Below, in pieces: positions 1-11,400 of a DNA stretch of 64,000 nt. Source of the stretch: a virus; the IMG/VR virus record IMGVR_UViG_3300027804_002057. The stretch is one strand, 5' to 3'. A program made the translations under genes and the position numbers. How positions within the stretch are numbered: the first letter of the stretch is position 1; each line of letters opens with the position of its first letter. The notes beneath the pieces were generated by a model. The model searched no databases. It was not told the DNA's origin and saw only the letters and a list, made by a program, of their open reading frames with translations.

Positions 1-439
1 CAGCTACATTTAAATTTTGAGAAATTTGCACAGAACCAGTTACACCCAAACTACTACTAATTGTAGTTGGTACATTTATTTCCAATCCTCTATTTGGGGA
101 AATTATAGCTTCAGCTGAACCTGATTTTAATCTATCTATATTACCAATAGATGATGCTTGTATATTAAATAATCCACTACCATCACCTCTAAATAATGAT
201 GCTGTGATTGAAGATGAAATTGCTAAAGACCCACTAATTTGAGTATTTGCTTTTAATTCCAAAGGCAATGTACCAAATGAATCAATTTCATATGTTTGTA
301 CACCAGAAGCAGTAATTTTTCCAACTACATTCATTGATGCAGATGAAAAATCTATTATTCTACTTCCACTTACAAATAAAGCAACTAAGGATGAACTTAA
401 TTGATTTAATCCATTAGGACTTTTACCCAAATACTCCAT
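1..439 (-). CDS. Fibre/structural protein, partial (runs off the window start); not in the ORF track
   Basis: Manual translation from ATG at 439 gives MEYLGKSPNGLNQ...FRGDGSGLFNIQASSIGNIDRLKSGSAEAIISPNRGLEIN..., open to base 1. It carries the same GDGSGLFNI/SGSA repeat as the 3730-aa fibre. Confidence 0.85.
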   Translation of the reverse strand, partial: MEYLGKSPNGLNQLSSSLVALFVSGSRIIDFSSASMNVVGKITASGVQTYEIDSFGTLPLELKANTQISGSLAISSSITASLFRGDGSGLFNIQASSIGNIDRLKSGSAEAIISPNRGLEINVPTTISSSLGVTGSVQISQNLNVA

Positions 440-451
440 TCATTACAACTT

Positions 452-784
452 TTATGTTATCTCCAATACTGAAACAATTACATCTGCCGAATTAGCCAAT
501 GATGATGTTACTGAAAGAAAATCTCCAGTTTCCAAAACTAACTTTTGTTCACCACCAACCAAAACTTCAGAACTGCCAGGCACAATTAATGCATCTTTAA
601 CTAAATAAGCAGCTTTATTTGCTGATGTATCTCTAATCATTACACTAACTGAAATATTATTTGAATTTACATTAGCAACACCAACTCCAATTACAGTTGT
701 AGATGTGTTAGCAGGTGCTTCATAAACTTTAACACCCGTTGTTCCAATTGAACCTGTTATACTATTTTTAAATGAGTTTGCCAT
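452..784 (-). CDS. Small virion structural/adaptor protein (MANxFKN...KLVLExGD...SVLEI type)
   Basis: 110 aa, beta-rich. Paralogous to the N- and C-terminal ends of the 304-aa ORF at 13756-14670. Confidence 0.7.
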   Translation of the reverse strand: MANSFKNSITGSIGTTGVKVYEAPANTSTTVIGVGVANVNSNNISVSVMIRDTSANKAAYLVKDALIVPGSSEVLVGGEQKLVLETGDFLSVTSSLANSADVIVSVLEIT

Positions 785-798
785 TTATTTTTATTTTT

Positions 799-1080
799 TT
801 ATCCCAATGCTATTGCAAAGGCTATCGCTGAATCTAAAACGTTTACACCATCAACCAAATAACCACCTGCTGTCAAATAAATAGAACCAGTTATAATTTG
901 TGAACCACTTACGTTTAGTTTATTTGTTACATTCAAATCAGCAAAAGTAGCTTGTTGCACTTCAATTGTACCTTTAAACGAACCTGTAAGAGAACCAGTA
1001 AATGAACCACTTAAGTCCGCATATGCGTTCACTCTATCTTGAATAATTGAACCTGAAAATATTGGACTGTGTATTACCAT
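799..1080 (-). CDS. Short fibre-like structural protein ending in AIAFAIALG
   Basis: GSFTGS repeats and a hydrophobic C-terminal motif. Preceded by the late-promoter-like motif. Confidence 0.65.
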   Translation of the reverse strand: MVIHSPIFSGSIIQDRVNAYADLSGSFTGSLTGSFKGTIEVQQATFADLNVTNKLNVSGSQIITGSIYLTAGGYLVDGVNVLDSAIAFAIALG

Positions 1081-1105
1081 TTTACCTGCTTATTTTTCGT
1101 ATAGG

Positions 1106-1114
1106 TATAAATAT
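1106..1114 (-). promoter_or_regulatory. Putative late promoter motif ATATTTATA
   Basis: About 26 nt upstream of the ATG at 1080. One of 13 copies in the window. Confidence 0.6.
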
Positions 1115-1129
1115 AAACCAATCCTTCTT

Positions 1130-1573
1130 TTAAGGTTTTACAGGCCATACTATACTAAAAGGGTTTGATTGTGTTGTAACATCTCTTAATTCTTGTCTAT
1201 ATGATTGCCAAATAGTTTTTGTTTCATTTGGAATATCACCCAATTGAGTCCAATCACATTCTTGAAGTAATTCAGTTCTTATTTGTCTAATTTCTTCCCA
1301 TTTCAAATCAATTCTACTACTTATTTCAGAATCACTTGCATTTGTTTGTTCCCAATTTTGATAGTAAACACCATCTACTAATATCGGAGTTCCTTCTACA
1401 ATATTTTTTGTATAATCATTTGGTTTAGGTGTTTGTCTTACTTCGTAAATATCAAACTCACCCATTAAATTTTCTGTCATTTCTGATGGGAAGCTTGTAC
1501 GTGGATTATCCTCTCTTAATTTTTCCAAAGAGTATGGATAAGTAATTGTGTTATTTATAATTCTTAAATACAT
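1130..1573 (-). CDS. Tail fibre assembly chaperone-like protein
   Basis: The C-terminal IRxxRxxLLxxCDWTQLxD...WxxYRQxLRDV...WP motif is typical of phage tail-assembly chaperone domains. Follows the fibre and tip genes. Confidence 0.75.
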   Translation of the reverse strand: MYLRIINNTITYPYSLEKLREDNPRTSFPSEMTENLMGEFDIYEVRQTPKPNDYTKNIVEGTPILVDGVYYQNWEQTNASDSEISSRIDLKWEEIRQIRTELLQECDWTQLGDIPNETKTIWQSYRQELRDVTTQSNPFSIVWPVKP

Positions 1574-1576
1574 ATT

Positions 1577-2482
1577 TTATTTCCAAGTTGATGGTATTGA
1601 TGCAAAGTTTGATAAACCAGTACAATTTCTAAATGCAGCTGTCCCAGCTGGCGTTGGTGTTCTATTCCAAAGTTCTGGAGCAGTACCAGTTAATGCATTT
1701 GAAGTTGAACTCATATTATAAACGTTGTTAAAAATTGTTACATTAGTATTATATGTAAATTGTAATACGTTTGTTAATGATAAGCAGTTTCTAAACGTAC
1801 CAGAAAAGTTTGTTGCATTTACATTCAAATCAAATAAAGTAGATGGTACGGATGTCAACGCAGTACATGCAAAGAAACAAGATGAAAATGTTGTTGCATT
1901 TGGTACATTATCAAACAATCCATTAGGTACACTAGTTAATGTCAATATTGATGCAAATGTATTTGAAAATGTTGTTGCACTTGGTGAGTAATCAAAAAGG
2001 TCAGATGGTATTGATGATAATTTAGTAGCTTGAAATGCAGAGTTAAAACTTACTACTTCTGCTAATCCGGTGTAACCACCCACTCCACTCAAAGTACCAC
2101 TACCAGGTATCGCTGTTAAATTACCACAGCCATAAAAATTAATTGTTCTTAATCCAACAATACCCCATTGTACCAATTCGGTAATTAAACTTCTAATAGC
2201 TGAGTTGTTGTTTACTGTAAATCCTGGCATAAACCCACTAATAGTAACCGTATATGTTCCGGGTGAAACGTATGTATGAATTCTATTTACAGAAGATGAT
2301 GAAGTTATTAATGGTGAATTGGCAGTACCATCACCCCAACTAATTATTACAGATGGAGTCAATGAACCATAATCCGATAAGGGCACAGTAAAAACAGTAT
2401 TTGCAGCAGTTGTTGTTACTTTAAATACAAATGGAAATACTTGTGCCGAATCTGAAGGTATTAATTTTCTTGCTATACTCAT
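1577..2482 (-). CDS. PKD/Ig-like plus BspA-type leucine-rich-repeat protein, probable fibre-tip receptor-binding protein
   Basis: ISWGDGT...HTYxxPGTYTVTI (PKD-like), followed by about 25-aa LTSVPxxLFDxxPNATTFxxxF repeats. Confidence 0.75.
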   Translation of the reverse strand: MSIARKLIPSDSAQVFPFVFKVTTTAANTVFTVPLSDYGSLTPSVIISWGDGTANSPLITSSSSVNRIHTYVSPGTYTVTISGFMPGFTVNNNSAIRSLITELVQWGIVGLRTINFYGCGNLTAIPGSGTLSGVGGYTGLAEVVSFNSAFQATKLSSIPSDLFDYSPSATTFSNTFASILTLTSVPNGLFDNVPNATTFSSCFFACTALTSVPSTLFDLNVNATNFSGTFRNCLSLTNVLQFTYNTNVTIFNNVYNMSSTSNALTGTAPELWNRTPTPAGTAAFRNCTGLSNFASIPSTWK

Positions 2483-2493
2483 AACTATAATTA

Positions 2494-5400
2494 TTAACTC
2501 ATATTTTTACCAACTACAAATCCATAATAAGTAGTACCACCATCAAATGTAAAGAATGTCAATACATCTATACCAGTTGATGTTAATATAGGTGCACTTC
2601 CACCAGCCCAATCCAAATTAACTGGCCATGTTAATGCGTATGTACCAGCATTAACCATAGTAAATGTAAATCCGAATGAATTTGATGCAGGTGCGTTACT
2701 AAATGCAATTGTTGAAGTTGCGTTAAATTGTCTTCTAAAATTATTTCCTAATGAAAGGTCTATTGTTACACTTCCACCTGTACCATAATCATAATAAGTT
2801 TCTCTATATGTGGTTGATGCTACATTTCCAGTTACAGACATTGTAGTTCCATCAAAAGTTAAATTACTTTCAACGATTGCAGCCACAGGGGTTACTTGGT
2901 ATGTCAATAAACCATTATCAGTTGCTCCAGTCAAACTAAATCCGTTTGTACCAGAAGTTCCAGATGTAAAGTTTGGTGGAGTTGTACCAGAAGTACCAGA
3001 AGTACCAGTTAAACCAGCAGTTCCGGATGTACCAGAAGTAAAGCCAGGAGGCGTAGTACCAGATGTACCAGAAGAACCTGTTTCGCCTGAAGTTCCAGCA
3101 GTACCCGATGTAAAGTTTGGTGGAGTTGTACCCGAAGTACCCGATGTGCCAGTTTCTCCACTAGTACCACCACTACCGCTTGTACCAGATGTAAAGCCCG
3201 GAGGTGTAGTACCAGAAGTACCAGAAGAACCAGCCGAACCCGTAGCTCCAGGTGCACCACTACTTCCGCTTGTACCAGACGAACCAAAGAATGTACCATC
3301 TAACCCACTTGTACCAGAAGTACCATTTGTACCCGTAGAACCTGATGTTCCGTTTGAGCCCGATGTTCCGTTTGAGCCCGATGTACCAGAAGTTCCAGAA
3401 GTTCCCGATGAACCAAAGTAAGTTCCATCAAATCCAGAAGTACCACTTATACCAGAAGTTCCCGATGTACCCGATGTACCATTCGTACCCGTAGAGCCAG
3501 ATGTACCAGAAGTTCCTGATGTACCAGAAGAACCAAAGTAAGTTCCATCAAATCCAGATGAACCGCTACTTCCAGAAGTTCCTGATGTACCCGATGTACC
3601 ACTACTTCCAGCAGTTCCAGAAGAACCAGAAGTTCCTGATGAACCAAAGTAAGTTCCATCAAAACCAGAAGTACCACTACTTCCAGAAGTACCATTTGAA
3701 CCAGCTATACCGCTTGTACCAGAACTTCCTGAAGTGCCATTTGTACCGCTACTTCCAGAAGTACCACTACTTCCAAAGAATGTACCATCTAAACCAGAAG
3801 TTCCTGATGAACCAGCCGTACCAGTAGTACCACTTGAACCAGAAGTACCAGCTCCAGATGTACCGGATGTACCACTACTTCCTGAAGAACCAAAATAAGT
3901 TCCATCTAAACCAGACGTACCAGACGAACCGCTTGAACCAGACGTACCAGACGAACCTGCGCCCGAAGTTCCAGAAGAACCACTACTTCCAGAAGAACCA
4001 AAATAAGTTCCATCTAAACCAGAAGTTCCTGAAGAACCGCTTGAGCCACTACTTCCAGAAGTTCCATCCGTACCAGAAGTACCATTTGAACCAGATGTAC
4101 CAGAAGTTCCTGAAGAACCGAAGAATGTACCATCTAAACCAGAAGTTCCAGATGAACCAGACGTTCCAGCAGTTCCATTACTACCAGAAGTTCCGCTTGT
4201 GCCGCTTGTACCAGAAGAACCAGAAGTTCCTGATGAACCAAAGTAAGTTCCATCTAAACCACTTGTACCAGAAGTTCCGGAAGTTCCGCCTGTACCATTT
4301 GTTCCGCTTGAACCACTTGTACCAGCAGTACCAGTGCTTCCGCTTGTACCAGACGTTCCAGAAGTTCCTGAAGAACCGAAGAATGTACCATCTAAACCAG
4401 AAGTTCCAGACGTTCCTGATGTACCGCTTGTACCAGACGAACCAGAAGTTCCCGATGTACCAGAAGTACCTGAAGAACCAAAATAAGTTCCATCTAAACC
4501 GCTTGTACCAGAAGTTCCTGATGTACCATCTGAACCAGAAGTACCTTGCGTTCCAGAAGTTCCAGAAGTGCCAGATGAGCCCGATGTACCATCCGAGCCA
4601 CTTGTGCCCGATGTACCATCAATACCACTTGTACCAGAAGAACCAGTTGAACCACTTGAACCAGATGTTCCAGAAGTTCCCGAAGTTCCGCTTGTACCAT
4701 CACTTCCAGATGTACCACTACTACCGCTTGTACCAGACGAACCAGTTGTACCCGATGTACCTTCAGAACCATCCGTACCACTTGTACCACTCGAACCAGA
4801 TGTTCCGCTTGTACCATCTGAACCAGAAGTTCCCGATGTACCAGATGTACCATCCGAACCCGTAGTTCCAGAAGAACCCGTAGTTCCAGAAGACCCAGCT
4901 GAACCAGAAGAGCCAGAAGAACCAGCCGTTCCAGAAGTACCATCACTACCAGAAGTTCCAGAAGAACCAGAAGAACCAGACGTTCCAGAAGAACCTGTTG
5001 TGCCAGATGTACCACTTGAACCGGATGTACCACTACTACCGCTTGTACCATCCGTACCAGAAGTTCCCGAAGAACCACTACTTCCAGAAGTTCCGCTTGT
5101 TCCAGAAGAACCGCTTGAACCAGAAGTTCCTGATGTACCATCCGTACCAGAAGTTCCAGAAGTTCCGCTTGTACCAGAAGAACCAGAAGAACCTGTTGTA
5201 CCGCTTGAACCGCTTGAACCAGAAGTACCCGATGTACCATCTTCTCCAGAAGTACCTGATGTACCACTTGTACCAGAAGTTCCGCTTGTACCAGAAGTTC
5301 CCGAAGAACCTGTTGTACCAGAAGTACCACTTGTGCCAGAAGAACCAGAAGTTCCCGATGTACCAGAAGTACCACTTATACCATCCGAACCAGAAGTTCC

Positions 5401-8400
5401 AGATGTTCCCGATGAACCACCACTACCAGAAGTTCCTGATGTGCCACTTGTACCAGAAGTTCCACCACTACCGGATGAACCACTTGAACCAGCAGAACCA
5501 CCACTACCAGCTGAGCCGGATGTACCACCACTACCAGAAGTTCCAGATGTTCCAGAAGTTCCTGAAGTACCCCCGCTACCTGCTGTACCAGCTGTTCCGC
5601 TTGTTCCAGAAGAACCAGAAGTTCCAGAAGTACCTGAACTTCCACCAGAACCAGAAGTACCCGATGTACCACCACTACCAGAAGTTCCCGATGTACCGCT
5701 TGTACCAGAAGTTCCAGAAGAACCACCACTACCAGCCGTACCACTTGTACCGCTTGTACCAGAAGAACCACCACTACCAGATGAGCCTGATGTACCAGAC
5801 GTTCCCGATGTACCAGACGTTCCTGATGTACCAGACGTTCCTGATGTACCGCTTGAACCAGACGTTCCACTACTACCACTTGTTCCAGAAGAACCAGAAG
5901 TTCCCGATGAACCAGTTGTACCAGATGTTCCCGCTGAACCGCTTGTTCCAGAAGTTCCTGATGTACCAGAAGTTCCAGAAGTTCCTGATGAACCAGACGA
6001 ACCAGAACTTCCTGATGAACCGCTTGAACCAGAAGTTCCTGAAGTACCACTTGTTCCAGAAGTTCCTGATGAACCGCTTGAACCAGATGAACCAGAAGAA
6101 CCTGAACTACCGCTTGAACCGCTTGAACCAGATGAACCACTACTTCCGCTTGAACCAGATGAACCATCCGAACCTGAAGTTCCAGAAGACCCAGAAGAAC
6201 CAGCACTTCCAGATGTACCAGAAGAACCAGATGAACCAGCACTTCCAGACGAACCTGAACTACCACTTGTACCAGAAGAACCACCCGTACCAGCAGTACC
6301 AGATGAACCAACTGCTGCTACTATATTTCTTCTTTCTAATTTTTTAGTTATACTATTCCAAATAACAACATCTTCAGATGAACCAGAAGGTAAATTACCT
6401 AATAATAAACTTCCACTAACACCTAAACTTCCACTAATAGTTAAATTAGCGTTAATACTACTATCTTTGTTTACTTGTAAGAATGATGCCGTATTTACTC
6501 CTTCCGCATTTAGAGCGTAAAGAGCGTATGATGCGGTGTATGCTAATGAAGCAGTACCAACCAACATTGATGAAGTTGCTGATGAAAGTACAAAGTTACT
6601 AACATCTACATTTGCTGCGTTTGCTGCGTACAATGCGTAAGATGCAGTTCTAGCATAAGATGCCGATAGAACTGTCATAGATGCAGTTGCACTATTCTTA
6701 ACATAATCGGTTAATTCTAAACCTTGTAAACTAGCTACATATGATGCGGTTAATGCGTAAGAAGAACTTACTGCACCAAACACATTCATTGATGATGTTT
6801 GGTCATTTCTTACATATGCATTTGCATTTGCTAATGATGCCGATAATGCTACTAATGATGCAGAATCAAATCCAGTTACTGCGTCTGCTATTCCAGCTCT
6901 ACGAGCATAAGATGATGATAAAACCTCACCAAATACTCTATCACCAGTTATAGTTCCATTAATTAAAGAACCACCACTACCAATTACAACATGTCCAGAA
7001 GTTAATCCGGCAAATTTAATTTGTATTGTATCTTCATCAATTGATTTAACAGTACCAGGCAAAATTTGGTCCTCAGAACCAGTTGCGTAAACCTGAACCA
7101 TTGGGTATCTAATTCCCAAATTGTGTACAATTGTTAAATCACTAACATTATTGAATGATACAGTTTCAGTTAATGATGTTTCAGGTTGAGGTACAAAATA
7201 TCCTCTACTTTCATCAAATCTTAAAATATCATATTCCGCAGATGCAGTAGGCCCAACCCCTTGGAAATTATAAGTTCCCAAGAATGAACCAGTAAAGAAT
7301 GGTGCAAACACATATTGTGATGCAGTAACTTTATTTAAATATGCAGTGTTCGATACATTATAAAAATCACCCCAAATGAATGAAGATGTATTAACTACAA
7401 ATCCTTTATCAGGTGAAATTGATGCGGTTATTGAACCACTCTTTAATATGAATGTTTCAAATGATAAATTAGCAATGTTAATATTGTATAATCCACTACC
7501 ATCACCTACATATGTAGAACCACTTTGTAGTATAACATTACCACCACTTACAAACACAGAACCACTAATAGTTGCAGACCCAGAGAATATTCTTAATGAA
7601 GTATTAACTTCTAAACCTTTATCAGGAGATATTACAGCTTGAGCAGAACCAGATTGGATTCTATCCAATTTAAGGTCTTGTAATGCGTTTGCAGGGATGT
7701 TAAATAATCCACCACCATCACCACTATAACGTGCTGCTGTTATTTCAGTACTTACATCTAAAATTTCAGGTCTTTGAATTGTTGTAGCCGAACCAGATTG
7801 AATTCTATCTAACTGAAGGTCTTGAAGTGCTGATGCCGGAATATCAAATAAGTTTGCTCCAGAACCAGAGAATGAACCTGTGTAAAGTTTTACATCACCA
7901 TAGAAAGTAGAACCACTACTATATGATGTTACAATAAATCCTTCATTTGGTGCTACTGAAGCTGTTACACTACCACTTACAATTCTTGGTGCTGCAGCCG
8001 CTGCTACGTTTGTAATTTGAGAACCATCACCAATAAATGCAAATGCTCTTACACTTCCACTAACATCAACTGAACCGGTAAATAATGAACCATATGCTGA
8101 GCCGGTTTGTGAAGTTGTTACTACAAATTGTTTACCACTTGCTACCGATGCCGTTGCTGAACCACTAGCGATAAATGGTGCTGCTGCCGCTTGTACATTG
8201 GTGATTTGCGAACCATCACCAACAAAGAATTGCGCATATACCGAACCACTAACTGAAACAGAGCCTGTAAATTCTATACCAACATCAGAACCAGTGTATG
8301 CGGTTGTTACTATTAACTTATCACCACTTGCTACGGATGCCGTTGCCGAACCACTAGCGATAAATGGTGCTGCTGCCGCTTGTACATTTGTAATATATCT

Positions 8401-11400
8401 ACCATCACCATAGAAGAAATCAGTTACAGTCAATGAACCACTAACTGAAACAGAACCAGTAAATCTACTTCCTATTTCAGAACCAGTAAATGGAGTTATT
8501 ACATTAAATCCATAATCAGGTGAAACCGATGCGGTTACTGAACCAGATTTAATTTCGGTTGAGATTAATGCATCTTCAGTCAATGCTGAACGAGGTATTC
8601 TTCTAAGATATGTACCTTCTGCGTAAATAAATGATGATGAACCTATAAACAATCCACCACTTACATCATTCAAATACAAGCTACCACTTATATCAACAGA
8701 ACCAGTAAATTGTGAACCGATTTGTGTACTAAAGAAATCAGTATCTATTGATGATGTGAATGGAGTTATAACTTTAAATCCATAATCAGGTGCTACTGAA
8801 GCAGTTACAGAACCTGATTTAATTTCCGTAGATATTAACGCATCTTCAGTAAGAGCTGAACGAGGTATTCTTCTTAAGTATTGTCCTTCTGCAAATATAT
8901 AAGAACCAGAATCTATATAAACACTACCAGTTATATCCAATGAACCAGTAAATCTAGAACCAACTTGAGAACCTGTGAATGGAGTAATTACATTAAACCC
9001 ATAATCAGGTGCTACCGATGCTGTTACACTACCACTTTTAATTTCAGTACTAATTAAAGCATCTTCAGTTAATGCTGAACGAGGTATTCTTCTTAAGTAT
9101 TGTCCTTCTGCGTAAATAAATGATGATGAATCAATGTAAACTGCTCCACTTATTGCGTTTACATATAAGCTTCCACTCATATCAACATCACCCAACAATG
9201 ATATTTGTGCGGATGCAGATACCGCATCTACTACATTTATAATTCCCTGCATTGCAGAGTGCATTTGACAAATATAGTATAATGTATTTGGTGCACTTCC
9301 AGAAACTAAGAAAGTTATTGTACCAACATCATCACCATTATTTGTTACCCAACTATTATATTGTTGTGTAAGTCCAGTTACTGCCGTATCTTTAATCCAA
9401 AACGGATGACCAGATGCATTAACATTAAATGTGTATTCAGTATTTCTTACTAAAGTAATGGTTGGATTTGAACCACTTGCTGCTCCACTAAACACATAAG
9501 CGTTACTACCATCATTGGTAACATCAAATACTCTATTAAGGTCTTGCGGATTTATAATTCTAGCAGATGATGATACTATAAAACTACCTGTAATTGTAGA
9601 GAATGTATTTACTACAAATCCATAGTTAGGAGAAATTGATGCAGTTACAGAACCAGATGCCAATCTTACCGCATCTTCAACTATTGCTGAACGAGGTATA
9701 TTAACTAAACCAGCACCACTACCACTAAATACAGATGCAGATACACCACTATTAAAGAAAGAAGTTCCATCGACAGATAAGCTTGAACTTAATATTGTTT
9801 TTGAACCACTTACAAATACACTTCCAGTGAATTGAGAACCACTTGCTAAAGATTGTACTTTAAATCCAAATACAGGCGAAACTGATGCAGTTACCGAACC
9901 TGATTTTATTTCAGTTGATATTAATGCATCTTCACTTAATGCGTTTCTAGGAATATTTCTCAAATAAGTACCTTCACCAAAATATGCAGATGAAGAACCA
10001 AGCATTAATGCTCCACTAATAGCACTTATAATTACACTACCAGATATATAAACACTACCACTAATTCTTGAACCACTATATGGAGATTCTACAATAAATC
10101 CTCTATCAGGTAAAGCTGAGGCAGTTACACTACCACTTGCAATTCTAAATAATTCTTGCGAAAGTGCTGAGAATGGAATATCTGTCAATCCAGCACCACT
10201 ACCACTAAATACAGATGCAGATACACCAGATTGGAATCTAGTAAATCCACTAACTGATAAACTTCCACTAAAAGTAGAACCACTTGCTACCGAAGTAACA
10301 ACAAATCCAAAATTAGGAGATACTGATGCAGTTACGCTACCACTAAATATTTTTGATGTATCCAAATCAGATATTGCCGCAACCGGAATATCAAATAATT
10401 GTCTACCACTACCACTAAATGAGCCTGTTCTTAAAAATACAGAACCACTTAAAAATAATGAACCCGTAAATTGAGAACCCTTTTCAGTTGATTCTACTCT
10501 AAATCCAAATGTAGGTGAAACCGATGCGGTTACTGACCCAGAAAGGATTCTATTTGTATCCAATGCATCAGGTGCTAACGCTGTTCTGGGAATGTTAAAT
10601 AATCTTTCACCACTACCACTATATGAAGAACCAGATGTTAATTCGATACCTCTAGCACCACTAATAAATAATGAACCAGTTAATTGAGTACCCAACTCAC
10701 CAGATTGTACAATAAATCCTTTATCAGGTAATGCAGAAGCTGTTACCGAACCACTAGCTATTTTTGTTGTCTCTAATGGTGGTATAAATATATTTGTTAA
10801 TCTACTACCATCTCCAACAAATGAACCACTAATTTCGTATCCACTCATTGATACGGCAGTAATATTTTGTGCGGTTAAAGAGCCACTAATACTAACACTA
10901 CCAGATATTTCAGAACCTTTTTCTGCAGATTCTACTCTAAATCCATAAACAGGAGAAACTGATGCCGTTACTGAACCAGAAGAAATTCTAAACGAATCTC
11001 CAGTGAAAGCTGAACGAGGTATGTTAAATAATCCACTACCGTCACCTTGAATAAATGATGCACTTATCGATGCGGTAACTTCTCTAGCTACAATTCTATC
11101 TGATACAAATAAACTACCACTAATAACCACATCAGGTCCTCTTTGTAAAATAGCATCTACAATATTAATTGTACCAGCCATTATACTATGAACTTGGCAT
11201 ATGTAATATAAAGTAGAAGGAGAACCTACCTCTGGAGTAAATGTTATTACACCAACATCATCACCATTGTTTGTTACGCCTGTATTGTATGCATTACCAG
11301 TACCAGTTGTTTGTGCTGTCTTAATCCAGAAAGGATGCCCCGTAGCATTTACATTAAATGTATATGTTATTCCTCTTACTAAAGTTAAAGTTGGATTTAA

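Noticed and set aside
1577-2482. Possible diversity-generating retroelement target, prompted by the fibre tip and the Mtd_N-like domain at 34796
   Set aside because: No reverse transcriptase and no adenine-variable template/variable repeat pair seen in the window. Mtd_N is only an anchoring domain.
3280-4500. Regularly spaced repeats that look like a CRISPR array
   Set aside because: The repeats vary at synonymous positions, the spacers are GTS codons in frame, and there are no cas genes.
2810-6520. Long plus-strand and alternative-frame ORFs (PEV/PDV-, YQK- and VLL-rich, up to 650 aa)
   Set aside because: These are shadows of the 9-bp Gly-Thr-Ser repeat, which lacks stops in other frames. 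They have no independent start signals.
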